Positions 36,085-46,579 of a DNA stretch of 64,000 bases are shown in pieces; the first letter of the stretch is position 1; each line of letters opens with the position of its first letter. The notes below the pieces were generated by a model. It ran no database searches, had not been told where the DNA came from, and worked only from the letters and a program-made list of their open reading frames with translations. Source of the DNA: Candidatus Binatia bacterium (GTDB lineage: Bacteria > Desulfobacterota > Binatia > HRBIN30); assembly GCA_038245295.1 (NCBI GenBank), contig JBBRSP010000006.1, positions 186,006 to 250,005 on the forward strand, given 5' to 3'. The translations under genes were made by a program, and so were the position numbers.

Positions 36085-38144
36085 AGTGTCGAAAGAACGG
36101 GATGCCACGGCTGGGCTCAAGAGATCGGCTTCTTATCTTTTGCGGTGCCGGGATTTCTGTCGACGGACCTTCCCACCTGCCGAAGGCGGAAGAGCTCTCG
36201 CATCGGGTACTCGACATGCTTGTTGACCCCGGTGATCGAGTGGTGGACGCGCAAAGCCTTGAGCACCTTCGCTCGGCTGCCGACACGCTAAGGCTTGAGC
36301 TTGTTCTGGAACTGCTTGCTGATCACATGGATCCGCGGGTTCTGGTCGAGGTCTTCGCAATGTTACGATCGGCGCAGCCAAACCCAAATCATTTCGCGCT
36401 TGCCGCTGGGCAGTTTGATATTCTTACGACCAACCAAGATCTCTTGATCGAAGCTGCTGCTGCCACCCTGGATCTTCCATCGAACGTGCTGCATCTCCAT
36501 GGTCGATGCGATCGACCAACAACCATAATCACTTTGATCAGCCAATATGTTGCGGGCCTTCCAGAACCGCTGTCGCGTCAATTCAAACAGAAACTCGAGG
36601 AGAGGCATGTTCTTGTTCTCGGCTACAGCGGACGCGATCGCGATATCATGCCATTGATTGAGCACTCATCAGCCAAGCACATCGAGTGGATACTACATCC
36701 TGGCGCACCTGAATCGCCAGAACTGCGACGCCTTCGAAGCCGCCTGGGTGACCGCATAACCGTATGCTCGGAGTGGGCGTGTATGAGCCTCATGCGTCTG
36801 TTGACGTTGCGTCAACGCGCCATGGTGCTCCGCGGGGTCAAAAAGCTTACGATGGAACCGGCCCTCCACGATCAGGTTCAGGTTTCAACACAATTTGCCT
36901 CAATCGGACGTCTGGAGCGAAATCTCGGGCTTGCCGCTGTCTTGCGGCATGCCTCATTTTACCGTGATGCTGAGCGAATATATGCGGCACTCGGCGGCAC
37001 AGAAGATAACGCCCCCGCGTCGCTGCGCCTTGCAATCGCGTCGTCGCGCCTGTTTCAGCAGCACTTCGACGACGCTGTTTCGGGTTTTGACAGGGTGCTA
37101 TCTACGCCCGGCGCTGGCTTTCATGAGCGCGCGGACGCACTACTTGGGAAAGTTGAGGCATTCCGCAATACCTCGCAGGGTGTTGCTGCGGTTCGCTCGT
37201 TGCGCGACTTGTTGCGGATTGCCGCCAAGATGCCGCGGGGCCGAAAGCGTGCTCGGTGTTTTGGGCGAGCAGCCAGTCACGCTGGCGGAATCGCCAGGGT
37301 CGACGGTAACCTTGCCGAAGCGGCCGTACAGTATTCCTCCGCAGTCGCCTGGTTTCGTCGCAGTAGAGATCTCGACGAGCAGCTAGAGAATAAATGCTGG
37401 CGAGGAGACGTTCTGAGGATGCGTGGACATTATCGACGCGCCCATGCCATGGTTTCAGACGTTCTCGAAGATTCGATGCTTTACGTCCGCCACCGCGTGC
37501 GTGCGTGGGCGTACCTCGTGAGCGCAGACATAGACTGTGGACGCGGCCAGATAGTGGAATCTGCTCGCTGGCTAGCACTTGCGGCCCAAGAGTTCAGTTC
37601 CTCGGAGAACCCTCAAGGCCTCGTGTGGACCGATCTCGTTCGAGCAACGTTATTGCGGACGAGGGGGGATCTCAGTGAGGCAGAGGGAGCACTCGACGAT
37701 GCCGAGCGACGGAGTCGCGATGGCGCGGCTCCTCGGCATCTCGCGCAGGCGCGGTTGCATCTTGAGCGGGCCGAAGTGGCCCGAGGCAAGCATCAGGGGG
37801 ACATGATCGGCCACCATCTTCGACAGCTGACGGACCTTCTCCACTCGTCAAAACACTTCTCGACAAGACCTGAGTATCTCTACCTTCAAGCAGCGCTCGT
37901 GAACGCAGAATTCGAGCGTGATCGAGGTCGCGATATGGCAAACGACCTCTCTTCTCTTGGCGTGAAATTCGAAAGGCTCGGACTCAAGGGGTTATGCTCC
38001 CGCGCCTACGTAGCTGCATGGCTCAACGGTGGGGGCAAGTATCCTGTAGAACTGCTGCGTAGTTGTCGCGCTCACAACCGGCAGCATGAGGTAGCGCGAC
38101 TCGAACGAGCGGAGGATGGATTCTATCCTATTATTTTTGCATAG
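36081..38144 (+). CDS. SIR2-like NADase domain fused to TPR repeats
   Basis: FCGAGIS, TTNQD, LHLHG, VLGYSGRD; helical TPR-like C-terminal half; GTGA overlap. Confidence 0.85.
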   Translation: MKCRKNGMPRLGSRDRLLIFCGAGISVDGPSHLPKAEELSHRVLDMLVDPGDRVVDAQSLEHLRSAADTLRLELVLELLADHMDPRVLVEVFAMLRSAQPNPNHFALAAGQFDILTTNQDLLIEAAAATLDLPSNVLHLHGRCDRPTTIITLISQYVAGLPEPLSRQFKQKLEERHVLVLGYSGRDRDIMPLIEHSSAKHIEWILHPGAPESPELRRLRSRLGDRITVCSEWACMSLMRLLTLRQRAMVLRGVKKLTMEPALHDQVQVSTQFASIGRLERNLGLAAVLRHASFYRDAERIYAALGGTEDNAPASLRLAIASSRLFQQHFDDAVSGFDRVLSTPGAGFHERADALLGKVEAFRNTSQGVAAVRSLRDLLRIAAKMPRGRKRARCFGRAASHAGGIARVDGNLAEAAVQYSSAVAWFRRSRDLDEQLENKCWRGDVLRMRGHYRRAHAMVSDVLEDSMLYVRHRVRAWAYLVSADIDCGRGQIVESARWLALAAQEFSSSENPQGLVWTDLVRATLLRTRGDLSEAEGALDDAERRSRDGAAPRHLAQARLHLERAEVARGKHQGDMIGHHLRQLTDLLHSSKHFSTRPEYLYLQAALVNAEFERDRGRDMANDLSSLGVKFERLGLKGLCSRAYVAAWLNGGGKYPVELLRSCRAHNRQHEVARLERAEDGFYPIIFA

Positions 38145-38180
38145 TGTTGAACGGAATCCAAAAGCCACCCAATAGCTAAA

Positions 38181-38197
38181 TAGGCCCCGGGGGCCTA
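38181..38197. terminator. Hairpin downstream of the SIR2-TPR gene
   Basis: TAGGCCC-CGG-GGGCCTA in AT-rich flanks. Confidence 0.3.
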
Positions 38198-38286
38198 AAT
38201 TAATGCATTTTGCCAGTTGTCATGAGCGGATGCGATTTACCAATCCCGCGGGAAACCGCTAACTTGCGCTAGGAAGCGCTGGCCGC

Positions 38287-39929
38287 TCACGGGTTCGATT
38301 CCCCCCGCCTCCACTTTCGCAATGTATTCGAACCGGACTCCGGATCACCTGATTCGGGGTCCGCGTCCAACAAAGCCAATACATCGAGGCTCGAGTGGGC
38401 TCGGTAGTATGGTCGGCCGATTTCGCCCTTGGTCGGCTCCAAACGGACTGGTCCCAGCACTTTCCGCAGGATGAGCGCCGCCGGCGCCGTGCGACGCTCC
38501 AGGATCTCCTGGATGCGAGCGAGTCTTTCCTCGATCCATACTCTCGGCGGCGGGGTGAGCGTGTCCTCACAGCTGCGTCGCATCATTTCGAGCTCGTCGC
38601 TCAGGTCTTTGGCCCGTCTCTCGGCCTGTGATAGCGCGTCAGCCAGCGTGCGGGTCCCGCGTCCTTCACCGATGAACTCGATAAAGTTGTGAATCCTCCG
38701 CTCCTCCGCCTGAAGATCGGCTTCCTTCAATCGCACCGCATTCGGCAAGTCCGCAGTCAGGCGACCAACTTCTTCGCTGGCACGGCGGAGCACGTATTCG
38801 ATGTTGCCCGGCTGGATGATGTGCTCGTGCAGCTCGCTCAGAATGACTCGCTCGACGAGTTTTCGCTTCACGAGAAGCCGGTTATTGCAACCGCGCTTCG
38901 CCGCCGTCAGGCAACCATAGTAGCCACCGTCCTTGCCACTCACCTGGGCAATGGTCTTCCCACAGCAGCTGCAGAGCATCGATCCGGACAACAAATGAGT
39001 CGGATAGACGCGTGTGCGAGATCCGTGCTGCACCTCAAAGCCGCGCTTTCCTTTCTGTCCCGGCCAGATTTTTGCGACTTCAGTCAGCCGCGTTTGGACG
39101 CTGTCCCATACGTCTTGTGGAACGACGCGCAGGGCTTCATCCGCATTGACCATCCAGGAGGATTCGGGCTTGGCAAACTTGCGGCGGCGCCCGTTGGTGG
39201 GGTCGCGGCGCGTCTCGGTCCGATTCCAAACCCAGCGGCCGATATATTTCTCGTTGCGCAGCATGCGCGTGATGGTGGCGGGTGACCATGCCTTGGCGCG
39301 CCGCAGCTGTCCCGCGACGTTGTCTTGGTTGAGACGCTTCACAATGTGAGTAAGGGCCTTGCCCGCGGCGAAGCTACTGAAGATGTCTTGTACGATCGCG
39401 GCTTCACGTGGCTCAACCGTCATCTTGTATCCGTCAGGACGCGGACGTCCCTTCTTGTCCATACGGATCGTGCCGACGGGGATAGATCGGTAGCCAAAGG
39501 TCCGTTCACCAACTGAGAACCCCCGTTCCTTCTGGCCGATCTGCCCACGCAGCGTCTTCTTCCGCAGGTCGCGCAGCTGCAGTTCGTTGAAGATGCCGCG
39601 TATCTGAATGCCCAATGCTGCCTCGTCATCATCGCTGTCGAGCCCGTCAGCGACGGAGATGACGCGCACGCCGCTGAAGCGCAGTTGCGCGAGCACCGAG
39701 AGCATGAGGTAGTTGTCGCGAGCCAGACGAGACAGATCGTCGATGAGGACAGCCTCGAAAGCGCCGCTTTCGCTCGCCGCAACCAGCTGCTTGAGACCCG
39801 TCCGATCGCGGCGGGCGCCCGATGCGGCCTCGTCTGCGTAAACATGGTCATCAAGAACTTGTATCCCTCGGGTCAGAGCGAACTTGCGGCAGGACGAGAC
39901 CTGGTCGGTGATGCTCTCCGGCCGTTGGT
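38287..39929 (-). pseudogene. Large serine recombinase, N-terminus removed by an IS21-type insertion
   Basis: QRPESITDQ, YADEAASG, DDLSRLARD, recombinase domain, LLSGSMLCSCCG Zn ribbon; the YxRxS catalytic start is replaced by the IS end at 39930. Confidence 0.85.
38291..38314 (+). other. tmRNA/tRNA-like 3'-end fragment (att remnant)
   Basis: GGGTTCGATTCCCCCCGCCTCCAC; antisense encodes the recombinase C-terminus WRRGESNP. Confidence 0.65.
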
Positions 39930-40117
39930 CTTCAGCGCTCGTGAGAATTGACCCACTTGCGCTCGGCAAAGTTGACCCAGTCGAAGTTTTGGAAAGCGGA
40001 GACGATTCTGAGTCTGCGATCGCCGATGGCACTGCGGTGCACGTCGCCGGGGCCGATGCAGGCGTAGATGAGACGGAGTTGAGGTGGGTGGAGTGTGATG
40101 TTGCCGGGCGAAGCGGA

Positions 40118-40861
40118 TTACTCCTGCGGCGGGCGCAGGGATGTGCCGGTGATGCGCACGGTGGTGCAGTGGTGACGCAGGCGACTGAGTAGGGCGTCGA
40201 CCATGTTTTTCTGCCCGAGGAATTCGTACCACTGCTCGTAGTCGAGGTTGGTGGTGATGATCGTTGACTTACGCCGGTAGCGCTCCTCCATGAGCTTGAA
40301 GAAAATGTTGGACTGCTCGGGGCGCAGATTGAGATACCCAAGCTCGTCAATGAGTAGGACGTCGATACGCAGCAGGCGATCGACGAGCTTGCGCGAGGAG
40401 CGATCGGCAAGGCTGGCGTACATCTCGTCGAATAGATCCTGGGCTTTGACGAAGAGCCCGCGGTAGCCGTTCTCCAGCGCTTTGATCAGAATGCCGGTGG
40501 CGAGGCCCGTTTTACCGACGGCGGTTTCTCCGACAAACACGACGTTGGCGGCGCGGCTGACGAAGTCGAGCTCGGCAAGCTGGCGGATCTGCGTGCGGTT
40601 GACCCCAGGCTGCTGGTCGAAGGGGAAGGTCTCGATGGTCCAGCGCTCGGGAAGCCGAGCTTGGTCGATGCGGTACTTCATCGACTGCTCGCGCCGGTAG
40701 AGGTACTCCTCGCGAAACAGCCGGGCCAGCACCTCGCGCACCGTCGAGCCCTGCTTCTCGGCCCGCTCCAACTCGCGCTCGATGATCTTGCCGATCTGCT
40801 TGAGCTTGAGGGAAGCGCACAGTTGGTCGAGGTCGTCGTCAGATCTGTTTGCCGTCGTCAT
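40118..40861 (-). CDS. istB: IS21 helper ATPase IstB
   Basis: FPFDQQP, GETAVGKT, LLIDELGY, ITTNL, SRLRHH. Confidence 0.92.
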   Translation of the reverse strand: MTTANRSDDDLDQLCASLKLKQIGKIIERELERAEKQGSTVREVLARLFREEYLYRREQSMKYRIDQARLPERWTIETFPFDQQPGVNRTQIRQLAELDFVSRAANVVFVGETAVGKTGLATGILIKALENGYRGLFVKAQDLFDEMYASLADRSSRKLVDRLLRIDVLLIDELGYLNLRPEQSNIFFKLMEERYRRKSTIITTNLDYEQWYEFLGQKNMVDALLSRLRHHCTTVRITGTSLRPPQE

Positions 40862-40960
40862 CGTCGTTTCCTGTGTTGGCTGGGGTGAGGCGGAAGTAGT
40901 CGCCGGCGATCTGCTTGAGCAGCAGCTTCTCCAGCCGCACGAGATCGGTGAGCCCGTAGC
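40839..40960 (-). pseudogene. istA: C-terminal fragment of IstA transposase
   Basis: Hand translation YGLTDLVRLEKLLLKQIAGDYFRL..., overlapping the istB start. Confidence 0.65.
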
Positions 40961-40989
40961 CGCAACAGGAAAAGGGGATGACCCCCATT

Positions 40990-41132
40990 TCGCAGTCTCA
41001 ACGGCAGAGCCGAACGGCGAGTTCAAGCGATATATCTTGCGCGTACCACCAGAGATGAAGACGGCAAAAGAAGCCGTCGCATGGACGTTCGGCCTTACGG
41101 CGGACGAGTATTGTCCGCGGGTTGAGTCGTGA
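40990..41132 (+). pseudogene. C-terminal fragment of a DUF6745-like protein
   Basis: STAEPNGEFKRYILRVPP...AKEAVAWTFG; no plausible start. Confidence 0.5.
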
Positions 41133-41303
41133 TCGACGTCGGGGACGAGAGAGCATTGGCGGGTAGGCCGGGCAATGCATGGGGGCACCGGCCGGGACGT
41201 TGTGAGGTTCCTCAACTCTCGAAGACTTACGAAAGTTCCAGCAACTTCCCCATTCGCCAACACCGAGCCTTAGAGCGATGAAAGCCGCCCCGAAAACATC
41301 GAT

Positions 41304-43634
41304 CTAAGGCCAAAAACGAGGCCGGTTTTCGATGATTGGTTTATGATTTCCGCCGAGTACAGTGGTCCGACCCGGGAAAAGCCCCCCCTGCGACCAGTGA
41401 CGGCGCGACGCGGCCAGGTCGCTAGCCCGGACCCAGCGTGCGGCGCGCACATGCCAGGTGGCGGCGCGCAGGGCGTCGCCCGCTTCCGTCCAGTGATGCG
41501 CCAACAGGCCGGCGTGCTCGTCGAGACGCTCGGCGTGGGCGGCCGCGATCGCCTCGGCGACCGACGCGTGACGCGCCCGCCGCGCCGAGACGAGCTGAGC
41601 GCCCAGGGCCACCTCGTGCGTCAGCGGATGCTTGAAGGCGTACTCCGCCACCGGATAGAGGGCGCGCTCGCGCACCAGCTCGGTGGCGAGCAGCGCCGTC
41701 AGCGCCGTCTCGAGATCGTCGCCGCGGATCTCGATCACTGCCTCGAGCAGCGGCCGCAGGAACTCCTTGCCGATGACGGCCGCGGTGTAGAGCAGCAACT
41801 TCTCGCGCGCGCCGAGGCGGTCGATGCGCGCCGCCAGCAGCGATTGCACTGTCGCCGGCACCTGCAGCGCGTCGATCGCCGTCGCCAGCTCGTAGGCGCC
41901 GCGCACACCGACGAGGCGGCCGGTGTCGAGCAGCGAGAGGACGATCTCCTCGGCGAAGAATGGGTTGCCGCCGGAGCGCGCCCCGACGAGAGCCGGAAGC
42001 CCCGCCACCGACGGGCTCGAACCGACCCAGTCGCGCACCAGGTCCGCCAGCGCCTCGGCGCCGAGCGGCGCCATCGGCAGTTGCAGCACCCACGACTTAC
42101 GCGTCCAGTCCGCCTGATACTCGGGGCGGAAGTTCACCAGCAGCAGCGTGCGCGTGGCGCTCACCGCCTCGACGATCTGCGCCAGGAAGAGGTCGCTGCC
42201 GGGATCGATCCAGTGCAGGTCGTCGACCAGCAACACGATCGGCTCGGCCTCGGTGCGCAATTGAATGAGGCGGCGCAGGAAGGTGAACAGGCGGCGCTGG
42301 CGCACCGCGGGCTCGAGCTGGAGAGGCGGTGCCTTCGGATCGCCGACGCCGAGGAAGTCGAGCACCAAGGCGCGGTCGTCGGCGAAGGCGTCGTCGAGCA
42401 GCGCCAGCTCGCCGGCGATCTTCGGCCGCGCCTCGCGCGGCCCGTCCTGATCGGTGATGCCGAAGAGATTGCGCAGCAGCTCGAGCAGCGGCAGATACGG
42501 GATCGTCTTGCCGTGCGCCGGGCAGTGGGCCTCGTAGACGACGAGTCCGCGGGCGCGGCAGCTCTCGACGAACTCGGCGCAGAGGCGGCTCTTGCCGACC
42601 CCTGCCTCGCCGATGACGGCGGCGACGCGTCCGGTGCCCTCGAGCGAGCGCGCCAGCGCCAACCCCAGCGCCTCCATCTCGCTGCGGCGTCCTACGAAGC
42701 GCGACAGCCCGCGCGCCCGCGAGGTATCGAGGCGGGTGCGGTGGCTGCCCACTCCTTCCAACACGAACACCCCCACCGGCTGGCGCGATCCCTTCACCTG
42801 CAGCGGCCCGAGCGAGCGGGCGGCAAAGTAACCGTCGACGTGCTTCTGCGTGTGCTGCGACAGCGCGATACCGTCCGCCGGCGCGAGCTGCTCCATGCGC
42901 TGCGCCAGGCCGACCGTGTGCCCCTGCGCCGTGTAGTCCATGCGCAGATCGTCGCCGATCTTGCCGACGATCACCTCGCCTGAGTTGAGGCCGAGGCGAA
43001 AGGAGAAGTTGACGCCCGGGTCGAGGCGCAGCTCGTCGGCGTACGCCCGCAGGCGATCGCGCAGATGCAGCGCCGCGTAGCAGGCGCGCTGGGCGTGGTC
43101 CTCGTGCGCGATCGGCGCGCCGAAGAGAGCCATGATGCCGTCGCCGGTATACTGGTTCACCGTGCCCTCGAAGCGATGCACGCCTTCGGTGAGAATCTGG
43201 AAGAAGCGGTCGAGGATCGTGTGCCACTCCTCCGGATCGAGCTGCTCGGCCAACTCCATCGAGCCCTTGACGTCGGCGAACAGGACGGTGACCTGCTTGC
43301 GTTCGCCTTCGAGGGCCGACTTCGATTGCAGGATTTTATCGGCGAGGTGTTTTGGGGTGTAGGCGCGTGGCGAGAGGTTGTTGGTTGTTCGTAAGGAAGG
43401 ACTGACCGGCGCGCCCGCCATCGTGGCCGATGCCACGGACGACGAGGGATCACCGTTGAGCTCGGCAATCGCCTTGAGCAATTTCTTGCGGTGGCCCATC
43501 GAGACGCCGAGCTTCTCGAGGTCCTGCTCCGACAGGCTCGGCAGGATATCCAGATCGATGTCGTCGGCTTCGAATCGATCGCCGTATTGATCGAGCCCCA
43601 GCTTCTCCAGCCACTGGCGGATTGGGCCGCTCAT
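41304..43634 (-). pseudogene. SAM + class III cyclase + AAA ATPase protein, truncated at the start of the TPR region
   Basis: WLEKLGLDQY (SAM), ERKQVTVLFADVKGS, GDG, GEAGVGKS, DDLHW; family-like sequence stops near 41390. Confidence 0.8.
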
Positions 43635-43760
43635 GTGGCCAGCTCGCTCAGCAGCGTCTTGGCGTCCTTCAGATCGCGCCTGTCGAAGCCTTCCGCACTC
43701 CGGAGGCCTCCGGCGGACGTGTCGGTGAGCCGGACGTAGAGCACGGCGAGGAGAGCGCGA
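43631..43760 (-). pseudogene. C-terminal remnant of a cyclase-ATPase-TPR paralogue
   Basis: EGFDRRDLKDAKTLLSEL is the typical C-terminal tail of this family. Confidence 0.55.
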
Positions 43761-43914
43761 ATACGGGTCTCCAGTTCATGATTCGAGCTTTCGCACATCG
43801 TCCGATACTTACCCTCTATGTGGCTCACAGCCAAATCGGGCGTTTGTTCGGGCTATCCGCCGTGAAGGCCGCGAGCTATTCCCTGCGAGCCGTTGGACTG
43901 CAGGACACGCCGCG

Positions 43915-44240
43915 TCATCGCGTTCCCCCAGATCCACTCGCTTTAGCACGGGCGATCATGAACGCGACCGCGTCGTTCATGCCAACGGGTTCGAGCTTCA
44001 TCTCCGGGTGGTGACGCGCGAAGATACGAAACACTTCGTCGCAGAAGCCCTGGCCGACGACATCTACGCCGCTGAAATCCAGCACCGCTTGCTCAAACTC
44101 GCTCAGCCGCTGGACAACCCAGCGCGCCTCCGAGCGCGAGATCAGTGCGGATCCCAGGCTGCTCAGTCGCACCGTCGTGCACGTGCGGGTGAATCTGAGC
44201 TTGGCCGGGTCGGTGAAGGGGCGGAAGACTTCCTCAATCG
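43915..44240 (-). pseudogene. STAS-like (DUF4325) C-terminal fragment
   Basis: LISRSEAR...LDFSGVDVVGQGFCDEVFR; upstream part looks unrelated. Confidence 0.6.
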
Positions 44241-44647
44241 GACCGGGCTGGCGATAGTTTTTCCACCATTGTTTGGATGCGGCCTCGGCAATGAGGACAA
44301 CAACGGCGTCTTCCATCTTATGATAACCGACAGGGATGGTTAGCGGCGACCGGTCTTGCGTCCGGTGACGGTGATCAACATGAGCCCAGGGCTGAGGAGC
44401 CGATGGAACGGCAACCGCAGGATCGCCGCCACGACGCCGTTCAGGCGGGTCGATAACTCCGGGCAAAGCCGGTCTGGCCACATTTACCGCCAATAACTCG
44501 CAGATCATCCTCCGGTGCATGTATCAATTCGCCGACAAGTCCCCTACTCAGGCGACAATGATGGCCATGGGGACGATGCCGGCGACCACATCCGTCCGGC
44601 GTTCGCCGCGCTATCCGGCCGCGAACGAGCCTGGTACGGTCGCCGCC

Positions 44648-45082
44648 ATGACGGCTTGGATTTGTATGGCGCTGGCGGTGATCGCTGGGCTTGCCCTCGG
44701 GGTGCAGGGGCCGGCGAATGGGGCGTTGGCGCGCACGTGGGACTTCTGGCGCGCTGTGACTTTGAACGGTTTCGTGGTTCTGCTGGCGACCGCTGTCGGC
44801 ATGGTGCTGACACGTGGCGGCGCCCCGGTTCCCGGGCGGGCGCCATGCTCGCAGATGATTGGCGGGTTATGCGGTGCCGTCGTGATCTGCTCAGCCGCCT
44901 ATGTCGTGCCGCGTCTCGGGGCGGCGAAGTTCAATGTTGGGTTGGTGTTCGGGATGCTCGTCGCGGCAGCGTTGGTCGATCATTACGGGTGGTTTGGTCA
45001 GGTGGTGCAGCCGCTCACTGTGAGTAAAATTGCCGGGCTTGGTTTGGTGGTTGCCGGTGTGGCTGTGATGCGGTTGATGTGA
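44648..45082 (+). CDS. DMT-family small transporter (YdcZ-like)
   Basis: GVQGPANGAL, GGLCG, VPRLG, VDHYGWFG. Confidence 0.85.
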   Translation: MTAWICMALAVIAGLALGVQGPANGALARTWDFWRAVTLNGFVVLLATAVGMVLTRGGAPVPGRAPCSQMIGGLCGAVVICSAAYVVPRLGAAKFNVGLVFGMLVAAALVDHYGWFGQVVQPLTVSKIAGLGLVVAGVAVMRLM

Positions 45083-45200
45083 AGGCGGCGGCAGGCCGGC
45101 TGCGCCCGCGCCTGACCGACGACACTTGAGGCGCCGCTCGGCGGTGGCTACGGCCTGCGCAAAAGAATCGACCTGGCCCCACCAAGCAAGGAGATGCCCC

Positions 45201-46451
45201 ATGCGCATGAACGTCCGCCCCATCCCAACCGTGTCGGAACGCATCAATCAGATTCGCGAGCTCACCGCGAAGATCATCAATCACGAGATTCTGCCGCACG
45301 AGAAAGCGCTCTGGGTCGGGCGCCGCGGTGGTGCTGCCAACGAGACGGCGGTGAAGCAGGCTCACGAATTGCGCGAGGGGGTAAGGCAGAAGGTGAAGCA
45401 GGCGGGGCTGTGGGCGCCGCACCTGCCGCGCGAGTATGGCGGCGCCGGGCTGAACTTCCTTGAACATGCGTACATGAACGAGGTGCTCGCCTATGCCATG
45501 GGCGCCGCCGCGCTGTTCGGCGTTGTGGCGCCGAACTCGGGCAACCAATCCATCCTGGTGAAGTACGGCACCGAGGAGCAGAAGAAGAAGTGGCTCATCC
45601 CGATGATCGAGAACGGCATGGAGTCGGGTTTCTCGATGACCGAGCCGGATAGCCCCGGATCCGATCCGCGCGCCATCCGCACGACGGCGACGCGTGACGG
45701 CGACGACTGGGTGATCAATGGCCACAAGTGGTTCACCTCCAACGGCAAACGCGCCGCCTTCTTCATCGTCATGTGCCGCACCGAAGATCCCAACGGCCCG
45801 GCCGATCGCAACGGCAAGATGACGCAGATCATCGTGCCTTCCGACACACCCGGCGTGCGCATCGCGCGCGGCATCCCGGTGTGGGGCCGCGATAGCGACC
45901 ACTGCGAGATCTACTACGACGACGTCCGGGTGCCCGTCAGCAATGCCCTCGGACGCACCGGCTCCGGCCATCAGGCGGCCCAAGACCGCCTCGGCGCCGG
46001 CCGCGTCTACCACTGCATGAACTCGATCGGCCAGATGTGGCGCGCCTTCGATCTGATGGTCGAACGCTCCATGATGCGCGAAGTGCACGGCGGCAAACTC
46101 GAGACCAAACAGTTCATCCAGGGCTTCATCGCCGAGTCGTACATCGACTTGCAGGCGGCGCGCCTCATGACTCTCCACTGCGCCGAGAAGATGGAAAGCG
46201 GCGGCGACCCGCGCACCGATATCTCGGCCATCAAGATCTTCGTGCCGGCGGCCTATCACCGCGTCGTCGACCGGGCGATCCAGGTGTGGGGCGGCGCCGG
46301 TGTCTCCGGCGACCTGCCGCTCGCCGAGATGTACCAGGGGGCGCGCACGCTGCGTATCGCCGATGGTCCGGACGAAGTGCACAAGATCCTCATCGCCAAG
46401 AATGTGCTCAAGGCGTATCGCGATGGCGACGGGTGGGATTTCGGGAACTGA
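45201..46451 (+). CDS. Acyl-CoA dehydrogenase
   Basis: APNSGN, FSMTEP, INGHKWF, AQDRLG, DRAIQVWG, RIADGPDEVH. Confidence 0.95.
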   Translation: MRMNVRPIPTVSERINQIRELTAKIINHEILPHEKALWVGRRGGAANETAVKQAHELREGVRQKVKQAGLWAPHLPREYGGAGLNFLEHAYMNEVLAYAMGAAALFGVVAPNSGNQSILVKYGTEEQKKKWLIPMIENGMESGFSMTEPDSPGSDPRAIRTTATRDGDDWVINGHKWFTSNGKRAAFFIVMCRTEDPNGPADRNGKMTQIIVPSDTPGVRIARGIPVWGRDSDHCEIYYDDVRVPVSNALGRTGSGHQAAQDRLGAGRVYHCMNSIGQMWRAFDLMVERSMMREVHGGKLETKQFIQGFIAESYIDLQAARLMTLHCAEKMESGGDPRTDISAIKIFVPAAYHRVVDRAIQVWGGAGVSGDLPLAEMYQGARTLRIADGPDEVHKILIAKNVLKAYRDGDGWDFGN

Positions 46452-46469
46452 TCTCCGTTGGGGAAGCGA

Positions 46470-46495
46470 CCGCAGGCTGAAGCCTGCGCCTACCA
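46470..46495. repeat. GTAG-type REP, family A
   Basis: CCGCAGGCTGAAGCCTGCGCCTACCA; further copies at 55203, 55256, 56942, 56996 and 63455. Confidence 0.8.
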
Positions 46496-46579
46496 CTCCG
46501 AGCGGTTTCCCCCCGCCGTTTGACAGGCGCGGCACCCCCGCCGTAGGAAAGGCGCACAAGGGGGACCGCGCATGGTCGT

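Larger units (their letters stand above)
39930..40960 (-). mobile_element. Truncated IS21-family element
   Basis: End CTTCAGCGCTCGTGAGAATTGACCCAC with a second TTGACCCA box; complete istB; only the tail of istA. Confidence 0.85.

Noticed and set aside
38291..38314. Complete tmRNA or tRNA gene
   Set aside because: T-stem pairing breaks after 3 bp and no upstream body is recognisable.
39930..40410. N-terminal extension of the 707-aa recombinase ORF
   Set aside because: It is read-through across IS21 sequence in another frame of istB, not recombinase sequence.
40862..41263. N-terminal extension of the 381-aa IstB ORF
   Set aside because: IstB similarity starts at ATG 40861; upstream is the istA tail and unrelated debris.
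1..44500. Prophage or integron
   Set aside because: No terminase, capsid or tail genes; no attC-like repeats found; the integrase is paired with an excisionase, unlike IntI.
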